DNA of 64,000 bases from Candidatus Moraniibacteriota bacterium (GTDB lineage Bacteria > Patescibacteriota > Minisyncoccia > Moranbacterales > GWC2-37-73). The notes under the pieces were generated by a model, which was not told the origin of the DNA, searched no databases, and saw only the letters and a list, made by a program, of their open reading frames with translations. Positions 27,589 through 36,522 of the stretch are shown here, in pieces; the stretch's first letter is position 1, and each line of letters opens with the position of its first letter. Location of the stretch: NCBI GenBank assembly GCA_028715015.1, contig JAQTLF010000001.1, forward strand, positions 29,243 through 93,242, given 5' to 3'. A program made the position numbers and the translations under genes.

Positions 27589-27676
27589 TAGTCAAAAGTC
27601 TTTCAAGTCTTTCAAGTCTTTCAAGCCAATGCATTTCTGCTTTATGGACTTTATGGACTTTCGACTTTATGGACTG
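27589..27676. repeat. ~88-bp nonamer element copy 1 (TTTCAAGTC)n ... (TTTATGGAC)n
   Basis: Near-identical to 28055-28142 and 30489-30576. Confidence 0.95.
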
Positions 27677-27682
27677 CAATTA

Positions 27683-28048
27683 TTATAATACTTCAGGTGC
27701 CAATGATACGATTTTTGCAAATCCCTTCTCTCTAAGCTCTCTGGCAATCGGTCCGAAAATTCGAGTTCCCTTTGGCTCCTTGTCATTCAAAACCACAGCA
27801 GCATTCTCATCAAAACGGATATAAGAACCGTCTTTGCGACGAATAGCTTTTTTTGTTCTAACCACAACTGCGCGAATCTTATCACCTTTCTTTACCAATC
27901 CTCGCGGTTCAGCTGATTTTACTGAGCAAACAATAATATCACCAACAGAAGCATAGCGTCTGCGAGATCCACCGAGAACTTTGAAGCACTCAATGATTTT
28001 TGCGCCTGAATTATCGGCTGCTCTTAACTTTGTTTCTGCTTGAATCAT
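27683..28048 (-). CDS. rplN: 50S ribosomal protein L14
   Basis: [34 protein letters not shown]. Confidence 0.99.
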   Translation of the reverse strand: MIQAETKLRAADNSGAKIIECFKVLGGSRRRYASVGDIIVCSVKSAEPRGLVKKGDKIRAVVVRTKKAIRRKDGSYIRFDENAAVVLNDKEPKGTRIFGPIARELREKGFAKIVSLAPEVL

Positions 28049-28054
28049 ATATTT

Positions 28055-28142
28055 TAGTCAAAAGTCTATCAAGTCTATCAAGTCTATCAAGCTAATGCAT
28101 TTCTGCTTTATGGACTTTATGGACTTTCGACTTTATGGACTG
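28055..28142. repeat. ~88-bp nonamer element copy 2
   Basis: TAGTCAAAAGTC(TATCAAGTC)2TATCAAGCTAATGCATTTCTGC(TTTATGGAC)2TTTCGACTTTATGGACTG. Confidence 0.95.
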
Positions 28143-28149
28143 CTATTAT

Positions 28150-28392
28150 TTATGCTATTACTGTGTGACTTTTGTCTTTGCTGATAGGTCGGCATTGGAT
28201 AAATTCAACCTTGTCACCTTTCTTGAATTTATTTTCCGCATCATGAACCTTGTATTTCTTGGTTGAGCGGTATTTTTTCAAATATTTCGGATGAGTTTTC
28301 AATGATTCAACGGCCACAACGATTGTTTTGTCCATCTTATCACTAACAACAACACCTTTCTTCTTTGCTAAATTTTTGATTATGTTTGCCAT
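28150..28392 (-). CDS. rpsQ: 30S ribosomal protein S17
   Basis: GVVVSDKMDKTIVV, HPKY, CRPISKDK. Confidence 0.98.
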   Translation of the reverse strand: MANIIKNLAKKKGVVVSDKMDKTIVVAVESLKTHPKYLKKYRSTKKYKVHDAENKFKKGDKVEFIQCRPISKDKSHTVIA

Positions 28393-28421
28393 ATGTATAT
28401 TAATGCCCTTTCTAAAAATAA

Positions 28422-28616
28422 TTATTTTTGCTCGATGCGCTGATTCAATATGGTCAGTGCTCTTGCAATATCAGTCTTCAAAACTCGATACTGCCGGTGA
28501 TTTTTCACTTGTCTGGCAGCTATGTCAAATCTGAGCTTGACCGCCTGAGTTTGTTTCTCAGCAATCAGCTTTTTCAACTGCTCATTATTCATATCCTTAA
28601 TTTCCTGAATTTTCAT
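28422..28616 (-). CDS. rpmC: 50S ribosomal protein L29
   Basis: LRF...KN......KTDIARALTIL; operon position. Confidence 0.93.
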   Translation of the reverse strand: MKIQEIKDMNNEQLKKLIAEKQTQAVKLRFDIAARQVKNHRQYRVLKTDIARALTILNQRIEQK

Positions 28617-28640
28617 AGGAGTATCGTTTTTTCAACTAAA

Positions 28641-28710
28641 TTATTATCGAGCGTAACGGGTGAAATGATTCGCCAGCAGGTGAACATTTCCGAGTGAGCG
28701 ACGATATCAA
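28641..28710. repeat. REP-like element (CGAGCNAGCG family)
   Basis: TATC-GAGCGTAACGGGT-GAAATG...CATTTC-CGAGTGAGCGAC-GATA; shortened relative at 29173-29198. Confidence 0.7.
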
Positions 28711-28716
28711 AAATCT

Positions 28717-29130
28717 TTATTTTTCCTTAACCACAAACTTCGTTTTAACATTAAGCTTATGTGAGGCCAAGCGCATTGCTTCTTTGGCAATTGCTTCAGT
28801 GATGCCATCCATTTCAAACAAAACTCTTCCTTGCTTGGTCTTTGCCACGAAATGGTCAACACTTCCTTTTCCTTTACCCATAGGTGTTTCATCACCTTTT
28901 TTGGTCATAGGTTTGTCAGGAAAAATTCTGATCCAAATCTTACCACCACGCTTGACATATCTTGTCATTGCGCGACGTGCAGCTTCAATCTGACGAGCAG
29001 AAATAAGTCCGGATGTCATGGCTTTCAAACCATAGGTTCCAAAACTAACCGTATTGCCCTTAGTTGCAACTCCACGGATCTCTCCGCCTCGGTGAATCTT
29101 TCTGTGTTTAACTTTTTTCGGCATCAACAT
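28717..29130 (-). CDS. rplP: 50S ribosomal protein L16
   Basis: [35 protein letters not shown]. Confidence 0.99.
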   Translation of the reverse strand: MLMPKKVKHRKIHRGGEIRGVATKGNTVSFGTYGLKAMTSGLISARQIEAARRAMTRYVKRGGKIWIRIFPDKPMTKKGDETPMGKGKGSVDHFVAKTKQGRVLFEMDGITEAIAKEAMRLASHKLNVKTKFVVKEK

Positions 29131-29209
29131 ATGCGTATCTTTTAATTCAAAATGTAAACTTCGATTTGTTTATTATTATCGAGCGAGTGATGATAACAAG
29201 CTCTGCTTA

Positions 29210-29857
29210 CTATTGTTTGTCAAACACTTCTCCCTTATAGAGCCAAGTCTTGACTCCGATTGCTCCATAAGTTGTAAACGCGGTTGCTTTGGCAAAATCA
29301 ATATCAGCGCGAAGTGTGTGCAAAGGAACTGTTCCTCTGGAAAGCCACTCTCTGCGAGACATCTCTGCTCCACCCAAACGTCCAGAAACTTCAATTTTCA
29401 CTCCTTTGATATTCTTGTTCTTTTCGACTTGATCCAACATTGATTTCAGAATTCTGCGGAATGGAACACGTTTTTCCAGCTGTTCAGCCACATTTTGAGC
29501 AACCAAGGAAGCATTTTCCTCAAATTGTCTGACTTCCTGCGCTTCAATCTTGATATCGATCTTCTTTCCTGCAAAAAACTTTTTCTTGATAACCACAACC
29601 ATATCACCAATCCCTGTGCCGCCTCTTCCGATCAGAACTCCTGGACGAGATGTTTTGATGATCAATTTCAAAATGTTTGCGCTTCGTTCAATTTCCACAT
29701 CAGCAATTGCTGCAGATTTCCATTTCTTCATGACGAAATCACGAACCTGAACATCTTCCTTGAGTTTTTTAGTATAATCCTTACCTGCAAACCAGCGTGA
29801 TTTCCAAGTTGTAGTGATTCCTAGGCGCAGCCCTGTTGGATTGACTTTATGTCCCAT
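29210..29857 (-). CDS. rpsC: 30S ribosomal protein S3
   Basis: MGHKVNP.GLRLG, RPGVLIGRGG, SGRLGGAEMSR, VPLHTLRADID. Confidence 0.99.
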   Translation of the reverse strand: MGHKVNPTGLRLGITTTWKSRWFAGKDYTKKLKEDVQVRDFVMKKWKSAAIADVEIERSANILKLIIKTSRPGVLIGRGGTGIGDMVVVIKKKFFAGKKIDIKIEAQEVRQFEENASLVAQNVAEQLEKRVPFRRILKSMLDQVEKNKNIKGVKIEVSGRLGGAEMSRREWLSRGTVPLHTLRADIDFAKATAFTTYGAIGVKTWLYKGEVFDKQ

Positions 29858-29912
29858 AATTTTATAAATCTCTAATTAACTGTATTTTTTAGCTTTTATT
29901 ATTTCTAATATC

Positions 29913-30482
29913 CTATGCTCCTGATTTTCTTTGGAAAACTTTTTTCAAAAATCCACTGTCTTGACCCTTCTTTATTGTCTCTTTTTTTGCAGCCACTTTT
30001 TTGACAGATGTTTTTTCAGAAACTATTTCTTCTTCTTTTTCCTCTTTTTCGAATTCAGCCAAATGTTCCTTCATCATTTTTTCACGAGCAGCTTCCCTGT
30101 CAGCTCTTTCTTTTTCCAATTCTTTCTTTGATTTCCTGTTTTTTCCTTCAACTTTTTCTTCGAGTTCCAATTTGATATGAGAAGTTCTTTTCAAAATCAA
30201 TGTTGCACGTCCTTGTGCTCTTGGAAGCCATCTTTTCAGTTTAGCTCCTTCACCCACCAAAATGCTGCTCACGAACAAATTGTCCGCATCCAAACCGAAA
30301 TTGTTTTCAGCATTAGCAATGGCGCTTTTTAATAATTTTTCAAGTGGCTCGCTTGTTTTCTTCACAACATGCTGAAGTTGCACAAGAGCGGCACTGGCAT
30401 TCATCCCAACAATACTGTCTGTTACCAAACGGACTTTTCGTGGAGATGTTCTTAAATTGTTGAGTGATGCTATAACTTTCAT
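29913..30482 (-). CDS. rplV: 50S ribosomal protein L22 with long charged C-terminal extension
   Basis: SPRKVRLV, KLLKSAIANA, PRAQGRA, KRTSHI, then ~75 aa K/E-rich tail. Confidence 0.97.
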   Translation of the reverse strand: MKVIASLNNLRTSPRKVRLVTDSIVGMNASAALVQLQHVVKKTSEPLEKLLKSAIANAENNFGLDADNLFVSSILVGEGAKLKRWLPRAQGRATLILKRTSHIKLELEEKVEGKNRKSKKELEKERADREAAREKMMKEHLAEFEKEEKEEEIVSEKTSVKKVAAKKETIKKGQDSGFLKKVFQRKSGA

Positions 30483-30488
30483 AAATGT

Positions 30489-30576
30489 TAGTCAAAAGTC
30501 TTTCAAGTCTTTCAAGTCTTTCAAGTCAATGCATTTCTGCTTTATAGACCTTATGAACTTTATAACTTTATGGACT
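30489..30576. repeat. ~88-bp nonamer element copy 3
   Basis: TAGTCAAAAGTC(TTTCAAGTC)3AATGCATTTCTGCTTTATAGAC...TTTATGGACTG. Confidence 0.93.
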
Positions 30577-30585
30577 GGATATTAC

Positions 30586-30927
30586 TTATTTTTTCTTTGC
30601 CGGGGTATCATTTTTTGCAGCCTTCATAGCATCTTGCTGCTTTTGTTTTGCAGCTTGTTCCATTTCTTTCTGCATCTTACCTCCATGTCTGTTGAATTTG
30701 CGAGTTGGAGCAAATTCTCCAAATCTGTGTCCAACCATTTCTTCAGTTACATACACAGCGGTGTGCTCTCTTCCATTGTGAACTCCGAATGTAAAACCGA
30801 TCATTTCAGGTGCGATTGTGCAAGCTCTGGACCAAGTCTTGATTGTTCCTTCGCCAGGCTTAGCATTGATAACTTTTTTCATCACACGTGGGTCCACATA
30901 CAACCCTTTCTTTAAACTTCTTGACAT
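30586..30927 (-). CDS. rpsS: 30S ribosomal protein S19
   Basis: [32 protein letters not shown]. Confidence 0.99.
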   Translation of the reverse strand: MSRSLKKGLYVDPRVMKKVINAKPGEGTIKTWSRACTIAPEMIGFTFGVHNGREHTAVYVTEEMVGHRFGEFAPTRKFNRHGGKMQKEMEQAAKQKQQDAMKAAKNDTPAKKK

Positions 30928-30983
30928 AATTTTAATTGAGTAGTTGATTAGCTAATTGATGTTCAACCAATTAACCATTTTAA

Positions 30984-31814
30984 CTATTTCTTAATCCTTC
31001 GTTTTACAATAAATTTATCACTATATCTGTTCTTCTTTCTTGTTTTCTTTCCAAGTGCTGGTTTTCCCCAAGGAGTTTTCGGATATTTCAAACCGATTCC
31101 TTGTCGTCCTTCTCCTCCTCCATGTGGATGATCAACAGGATTCATGGCTGATCCGCGAACTTCCGGTCTCTTTCCCTTCCATCTGTTTCTTCCAGCCTTT
31201 CCGAGTTTTTCTGCACTATGTTCAAAATTGCTAACTCTTCCGATTGTGGCATAGCATTCTTTGCTTACCAATCTGATCTCACCTGATGACATCTTAAGTT
31301 GTGCCATTTTGTCATCGATAGCCATCAATGTTGCTCCGCTTCCGGCGCTGCGAGTGATCTGTCCACCTTTTCCAGCAATCAATTCGATGTTTGAAACAAC
31401 TGTTCCTGATGGAATGTTTTTAAGAACTGTGCGGTTTCCTTTTTTGATCGGCGCATCAACTCCTGTCATAATTTCCATCCCGGCTTTCATACCTTCAGTC
31501 GCAAGCACATATTTTTTGTCCCCATCAATATATGAAATAAGACAGATAAGGGCGCTTCTGTTTGGATCCTTTTCCACAGAAACGATACGTCCAAGGACAC
31601 CAAATTTCTGTTGCTTGAAATCAACCAAGCGATATCGACGCTTGTGACCTCCACCTTGATGACGAGTTGAGATTTTTCCATGAGATCTTCCTGCTTTCTG
31701 TGTCATTGGTGCAAGCAAGGATTTTTCAGGTTTTTTGTCTGTCAAATTGTCAGGTTTAACAATAGACATGTTTCGCCTTCCTGCTGTATTTTTCTTGTAT
31801 ACTTTAATTGCCAT
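30984..31814 (-). CDS. rplB: 50S ribosomal protein L2
   Basis: GGGHKR.YR, DPNRSA, VRGSAMNPVDHPHGGGEG. Confidence 0.99.
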   Translation of the reverse strand: MAIKVYKKNTAGRRNMSIVKPDNLTDKKPEKSLLAPMTQKAGRSHGKISTRHQGGGHKRRYRLVDFKQQKFGVLGRIVSVEKDPNRSALICLISYIDGDKKYVLATEGMKAGMEIMTGVDAPIKKGNRTVLKNIPSGTVVSNIELIAGKGGQITRSAGSGATLMAIDDKMAQLKMSSGEIRLVSKECYATIGRVSNFEHSAEKLGKAGRNRWKGKRPEVRGSAMNPVDHPHGGGEGRQGIGLKYPKTPWGKPALGKKTRKKNRYSDKFIVKRRIKK

Positions 31815-31822
31815 AATATTTT

Positions 31823-31897
31823 TTAGGTTTTAGCTTTTTAGCCTTTAGCTTTTCAGGAAAAACCTGAGAAGCTTAGAAGCTAATGCCTGAACAGCTA
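31823..31897. repeat. Two-armed AGCT-core element
   Basis: TTAGGTT TTAGCTT TTTAGCC TTTAGCTT ... AAGCTT AGAAGCT AATGCCTG AACAGCT. Confidence 0.85.
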
Positions 31898-31898
31898 T

Positions 31899-32291
31899 TT
31901 ATGCTCCTTGGAATAATTCGATCTTATCTCCTTGTTTCAATGTCACGGTTGCTTTTTTGAATCCTGATTTCGTTCCTTCATGGCGTCCATAAGCCTTTTT
32001 CTTTGGCTGAATGTTCACAACAGTGATTTTTTCAACTTTTACAGCATATATACCTTCGATGGCTAGTTTCACCTGTTTTTTGGTGGCACTGTTGATAACT
32101 TTGAAAGTATATTTATTGTGAGCCATCGCAGCATGAGTCTTTTCAGTAATCCAGGGTTCCACAAGAATCTTATATGCGATCCCGGAATTCTGCGCAGCCA
32201 CAACTGGCTTAGCTTCCGCCTTCTTGGCAACTTTTTTTGCTGCCACCTTTGGCTTATCAACTATTTCTTTTTTCTCTTCAATTGCTGCCAT
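31899..32291 (-). CDS. rplW: 50S ribosomal protein L23 with AKK-rich N-terminal extension
   Basis: PWITEK, YTFKV...ATKKQVK.AIE, FKKATVTL. Confidence 0.97.
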   Translation of the reverse strand: MAAIEEKKEIVDKPKVAAKKVAKKAEAKPVVAAQNSGIAYKILVEPWITEKTHAAMAHNKYTFKVINSATKKQVKLAIEGIYAVKVEKITVVNIQPKKKAYGRHEGTKSGFKKATVTLKQGDKIELFQGA

Positions 32292-32334
32292 ATGCTTTTC
32301 ACTTAATTCAAAATTTAAATTTCAATATTCAAAA

Positions 32335-32964
32335 TTATTTTGCGAATTTTTCTTCCAAAAATGCGATTGATGTCTTGCTCAAAAGCAAATATTTGTTGTT
32401 CAACAGATCCATCACATTCAAATCTTTTGTCTCAATATTGCTGATGTTTTTAAGGTTTCTGCTGATCACGGATGTTTTCTTTTCTTGTTCAGACAAGGAA
32501 ACCAAAACTTTTCCAGTAAGTTTTAGGTTTTTGATCACAGCAGCAAATTCCTTGGTCTTTGATTTCTCAACAAGCAATGAATCAAGCGCTACCAATGTTC
32601 CCTGACGAAGCTTTTCACTGATCGCAATCACGACAGCCTTTTGCTTCATTTTTTTGTTCAAATCTCTCTTGAAATTTCTTTCATTAGTAGGACCAAAAGC
32701 GACACCTCCGCCTTTCATCACAGGATTTCTTTTCTGTCCTTGTCTGGCTGATCCAGTTCCCTTTTGTTTGAAAGGTTTCTTTCCTGATCCGGCAACCTCA
32801 CTTTTATCCTTGGTGTGAGCAATCGGATTTCTTTGATTTCCAGCAATAACCATAAAAACCTGATGCAAGAGCTCGTCATTTGCTTTGGCAGCAAAAACAG
32901 CATCTGATACGGTCAAGTCTTCTATTTTTTTTCCTTCTTGATTGTGAACAGCAATTGTAGCCAT
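32335..32964 (-). CDS. rplD: 50S ribosomal protein L4
   Basis: AHTK...EVAGSGKKPFKQKGTGSARQG, GGGVAFGP. Confidence 0.98.
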   Translation of the reverse strand: MATIAVHNQEGKKIEDLTVSDAVFAAKANDELLHQVFMVIAGNQRNPIAHTKDKSEVAGSGKKPFKQKGTGSARQGQKRNPVMKGGGVAFGPTNERNFKRDLNKKMKQKAVVIAISEKLRQGTLVALDSLLVEKSKTKEFAAVIKNLKLTGKVLVSLSEQEKKTSVISRNLKNISNIETKDLNVMDLLNNKYLLLSKTSIAFLEEKFAK

Positions 32965-33021
32965 AATGTTTCAAATATCTAATTTCTAATTTCTAATGCC
33001 CAATCTCTAAAAAAATTTAAA

Positions 33022-33582
33022 TTATCCTCTCACTTCAACAATTCTACCAACAACTCCCGGTACAGCTCCCAACACTCCCATAATATTCTTTTCACTGTCG
33101 ATATATACAACTTTGATTCCCTTGGTTGTTGATCTCTTGCCTCCCATGCGTCCAGCCATTCTTTTTCCTTTGATGACATGCTGTGGTTGCTGAGCACCAA
33201 TTGAACCAGGAGCTCTGTGGTCATGCTTGTGTCCATGAGTCGCAGGAGAACCTTTGAATCCATGGCGCTTCACAACTCCTTGGAATCCTTTTCCTTTGGT
33301 TATTCCACTGATTTGTACTTCATCGCCCAATTGGAAACTTTCAATTGTAAGTTTGTCGCCAACTGTCACAGTTGCAGCTTCTTCTAAACGGAATTCCTTG
33401 CGGTGAGTGACATTCTTTGTTTTGGCAAGCTCCAATTGAACTGCATCATAACCATTCTTTTCCTGTGTGCGAACAACAGAAACAGTGTTCTCAGGACATT
33501 CAATCAATGTCACATTCAAAGCACCCTGCAACTTGTCGTACAGTGTTGTCATTCCGATTTTTTTTCCTAAAATGTATTTCAT
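33022..33582 (-). CDS. rplC: 50S ribosomal protein L3 (short, 186 aa)
   Basis: LGKKIGMT, GYDAVQ, KGKGFQGVVKRHGF, RAPGSIG, GKRMAGRMG. Confidence 0.98.
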   Translation of the reverse strand: MKYILGKKIGMTTLYDKLQGALNVTLIECPENTVSVVRTQEKNGYDAVQLELAKTKNVTHRKEFRLEEAATVTVGDKLTIESFQLGDEVQISGITKGKGFQGVVKRHGFKGSPATHGHKHDHRAPGSIGAQQPQHVIKGKRMAGRMGGKRSTTKGIKVVYIDSEKNIMGVLGAVPGVVGRIVEVRG

Positions 33583-33617
33583 ATATGTGTAAATATTCGT
33601 TGATTTCGCTTTTTGCT

Positions 33618-33707
33618 TAAAAAAAATCTGGCGTTCAGCCAGCATAATCCAGGAAAATTCCTGATTCAGCTAGTTGAGTATCCCGAATATTCAGGACTTT
33701 AACTAGA
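33618..33707 (-). promoter_or_regulatory. Structured rpsJ-rplC spacer ending in a terminator-like hairpin (candidate attenuator)
   Basis: Three consecutive stems; the last is CTGGC-TGAAC-GCCAG followed by A and T8. Confidence 0.5.
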
Positions 33708-33767
33708 ATTTTTTCTTTTTTCTAACTTATCTATATTAAACCACTTCTCAAAATAATGCAAGACCTT

Positions 33768-34100
33768 TTACATCTTTATTTCCACATCAACTCCAGCTGG
33801 CAAATCAAGACTGGTGAGGTTCTCAATTGTCTTGGCGGTTGGATCCCAGATATCAATCAGGCGTTTGTGAATTCGCATTTCGTACTGGTCTCTTGCATCC
33901 TTATATACGAAAGTCGATTTATTCACAGTAACCTTATGGATTTCTGTTGGAAGCGGTACAGGTCCAGTGAATTTTGATCCGCTACGTTCAACAGTTTCCA
34001 CTATTTTACGTGCAGATTGATCAATCACTTTGCTGTCATAAGCTTTGATCTTGATCCTTATTCTTGTAGCTTGTTCGTTTTCTGTTTTTTTCGCAGCCAT
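33768..34100 (-). CDS. rpsJ: 30S ribosomal protein S10
   Basis: [38 protein letters not shown]. Confidence 0.99.
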   Translation of the reverse strand: MAAKKTENEQATRIRIKIKAYDSKVIDQSARKIVETVERSGSKFTGPVPLPTEIHKVTVNKSTFVYKDARDQYEMRIHKRLIDIWDPTAKTIENLTSLDLPAGVDVEIKM

Positions 34101-34191
34101 CTGAGTCTTTTAAATAAACGATTAAAATTATTGTTCAGGTTAACAGTCGCAAGCATGAGATGAATCTCATGCCTGCTCAATTATCTGAAAA

Positions 34192-35385
34192 CTATTTGAT
34201 GATTTTTGTTGTAACACCAGCTCCGACAGTCTTGCCACCTTCGCGGATAGCGAAGCGCATTCCTTCTGCCATAGCTACAGGAGCAATCAATTTGATAACC
34301 AAGTTGATTGTATCTCCAGGCATAACCATTTCAGTTCCTTCTGGAAGGATAACTTCTCCAGTCACATCGGTTGTACGGATGTAGAATTGAGGTTTGTATC
34401 CTTTGAAGAATGGAGTGTGACGTCCGCCTTCTTCCTTGGTCAAAATGTAAATCTCACCTTCAAATTCAGTATGAGGAGTGATTGAACCTGGTTTAGCCAA
34501 AACTTGTCCGCGTTCAACATCTTCCTTTTTGATTCCACGAATCAAAAGTCCGGCGTTGTCTCCAGCCATACCACTGCTCAATGATTTGTTGAACATTTCG
34601 ATTCCAGTCACAACTGTTTTTGCAGTTGGGCGAAGACCAACGATTTCAACTTCTTCATTGATGTTGATTTGTCCTGATTCGATTCTTCCTGTTACCACTG
34701 TTCCGCGACCTTCAATTGAGAAGATGTCTTCGATAGGCATAAGGAAAGGTTTGTCAGTTTCACGCACAGGTTCCGGGATTTGTGCATCCAAAGCGTCCAT
34801 CAAGTCATAGATTGGTTTCAGAGCAGCGTCATCAGCAGATGCAGCTTCAAGAGCCTTGGTGGCTGATCCACGGATAACAGCAGCGTTGTCACCATCAAAT
34901 TCATATTTTGAAAGAAGTTCACGAACTTCAGCTTCAACCAAATCAACAAGTTCAGCATCATCAACTGCATCAACCTTGTTAATGAAAACAACGATTGCAG
35001 GCACACCGATCTGGCGAGCAAGCAAAATGTGTTCGCGAGTCTGTGGCATAGGACCATCAGTAGCAGAAACAACCAAGATTGCTCCATCCATCTGAGCAGC
35101 ACCAGTGATCATGTTCTTGATGTAGTCAGCATGACCTGGACAATCAACATGAGCGTAGTGACGAGTATCAGTTTCATATTCACAATGAGAAGTAGCAATG
35201 GTAATTCCGCGTTCTCTTTCTTCTGGAGCGTTGTCGATTTCACCAACTCCTCTTTCTTTTGCAAATCCTTTCTTGGATTGTCCGTGCAAAATAGCCGCGG
35301 TCAAAGTTGTTTTGCCGTGGTCAACGTGTCCGATTGTTCCAACATTTACATGTGGTTTTGTTCGCTCAAATGTTCCTACTGCCAT
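34192..35385 (-). CDS. tuf: Elongation factor Tu
   Basis: [36 protein letters not shown]. Confidence 0.99.
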   Translation of the reverse strand: MAVGTFERTKPHVNVGTIGHVDHGKTTLTAAILHGQSKKGFAKERGVGEIDNAPEERERGITIATSHCEYETDTRHYAHVDCPGHADYIKNMITGAAQMDGAILVVSATDGPMPQTREHILLARQIGVPAIVVFINKVDAVDDAELVDLVEAEVRELLSKYEFDGDNAAVIRGSATKALEAASADDAALKPIYDLMDALDAQIPEPVRETDKPFLMPIEDIFSIEGRGTVVTGRIESGQININEEVEIVGLRPTAKTVVTGIEMFNKSLSSGMAGDNAGLLIRGIKKEDVERGQVLAKPGSITPHTEFEGEIYILTKEEGGRHTPFFKGYKPQFYIRTTDVTGEVILPEGTEMVMPGDTINLVIKLIAPVAMAEGMRFAIREGGKTVGAGVTTKIIK

Positions 35386-35523
35386 AGTGTTTTTTTCGCA
35401 TTTCTCTTCAAGCTTTTTGCCCAAGAGTGCGATTGTTTAGGATAATTATTTATTTATCTTAACATGAATTTACTTCAATGAGCAAATTCAAAAATTCCTT
35501 ATGTGGAAATTAGATACTTAATT

Positions 35524-35551
35524 ATTTTACACGAATGAGAATATATGTCAA
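35524..35551 (-). promoter_or_regulatory. Promoter of tuf-S10 operon
   Basis: TTGACA-16-TAAAAT. Confidence 0.6.
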
Positions 35552-35650
35552 GGGTCAAAAATCAATCTTTAACATTTTATTATTAATATGCGGTTTTTAA
35601 GGATATTTTGGCTTAAACAATGGATGTTGCCCTATAAATATCCAAATGCA

Positions 35651-35676
35651 AAAACAGCCCTTTTCAAGGCTGTTTT
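35651..35676 (-). terminator. Intrinsic terminator
   Basis: AAAACAGCC-CTTTTCAA-GGCTGTTTT. Confidence 0.75.
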
Positions 35677-35693
35677 AGAAAGTGTGTTTTTTT

Positions 35694-36026
35694 TCAAGAC
35701 TGATGCGACAAAGAAAGGTTTTCCAACTTGACGACACGTTTTTCCAATCTTTCAAATTCTTCAGCATCAACTTTTCGTTTCAGCTCAAATTTCACCTCCA
35801 CCATGTCGTCTTGAAGCCTGTCTATCTTTGTTTCAACAAGATCAAGCCTGTTATCTATACCATCAAGCCTAACATCAATGCCATCAAATCGAGCATTAAC
35901 ATTTTCAAATTTGATTTCCATAACTTCCGCAAGTGTTTCGATCTTTCCGTCCATTTTTTCCAAAATGGCCCCGATCTCATTTACTGTGAAAGTTTTTTCT
36001 GTTGTTGTTTGTGATGCGTTTTTCAT
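35694..36026 (-). CDS. Hypothetical heptad-repeat coiled-coil protein
   Basis: FENVNAR FDGIDVR LDGIDNR LDLVETK IDRLQDD. Confidence 0.8.
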   Translation of the reverse strand: MKNASQTTTEKTFTVNEIGAILEKMDGKIETLAEVMEIKFENVNARFDGIDVRLDGIDNRLDLVETKIDRLQDDMVEVKFELKRKVDAEEFERLEKRVVKLENLSLSHQS

Positions 36027-36062
36027 GTTCGTATTTTATAACTATAAATTGAGGCGGTCAAA

Positions 36063-36290
36063 TCATTTCAGATAAGTTTTTGCTTCCTCTATTGTAGCAA
36101 TGAAATTTGCAACATGATCTTTGAATATCAGTGTCCTATTGGTGACATTTTCACCTTTTTGATTTTTGTAGGAGTCAGTGATGGTCAGATAGTTGCTGCC
36201 ATTACTGGCTTTTTTCACATCAAAAAAATAGTTTTTACTCCCGGCACGAAGCATTTTGGAGAATACGCTCTCTCTTGAATTGTTTTCCAT
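36063..36290 (-). CDS. PUR-domain (DUF3276/PurA-like) ssDNA/RNA-binding protein
   Basis: VFSK.LRAGSKNYFFDVK...NG.NYLTITDS...IFKDH...F. Confidence 0.88.
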   Translation of the reverse strand: MENNSRESVFSKMLRAGSKNYFFDVKKASNGSNYLTITDSYKNQKGENVTNRTLIFKDHVANFIATIEEAKTYLK

Positions 36291-36461
36291 GTGTTTTTGT
36301 CTTTTGTCTTGCCAAATCCTGTCACTGACAGAAAATTTAACAAGGATTTTAATTTTTATATTGTTTGCTGAGCGTGGCCATCGCTCGCAGTGTCATCTTA
36401 TCACTGATTCAATATCACTGCAAGTATCAACGGCTGTGGATAACTTTATTCCCCAACAAGT

Positions 36462-36496
36462 CAAAAAAGCAATCTGGATCAAGATTGCTTTTTTGA
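36462..36496 (-). terminator. Intrinsic terminator after pfkB-family gene
   Basis: AAAAAAGCAATCT-GGATCA-AGATTGCTTTTTT. Confidence 0.8.
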
Positions 36497-36522
36497 AATT
36501 TGCCAATATTAAATAATGAAAG

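Noticed and set aside
27589-30576. Repeat arrays as CRISPR
   Set aside because: Units are 7-9 nt and contiguous with no unique spacers; no cas genes in the window.
34192-35385. Introns or inteins in tuf and other housekeeping genes, which CPR genomes sometimes carry
   Set aside because: All conserved ORFs are continuous and of normal or reduced length.
36435-36443. DnaA box (TGTGGATAA) as replication origin
   Set aside because: Single perfect box, no cluster, no dnaA/dnaN nearby and no switch in gene orientation.
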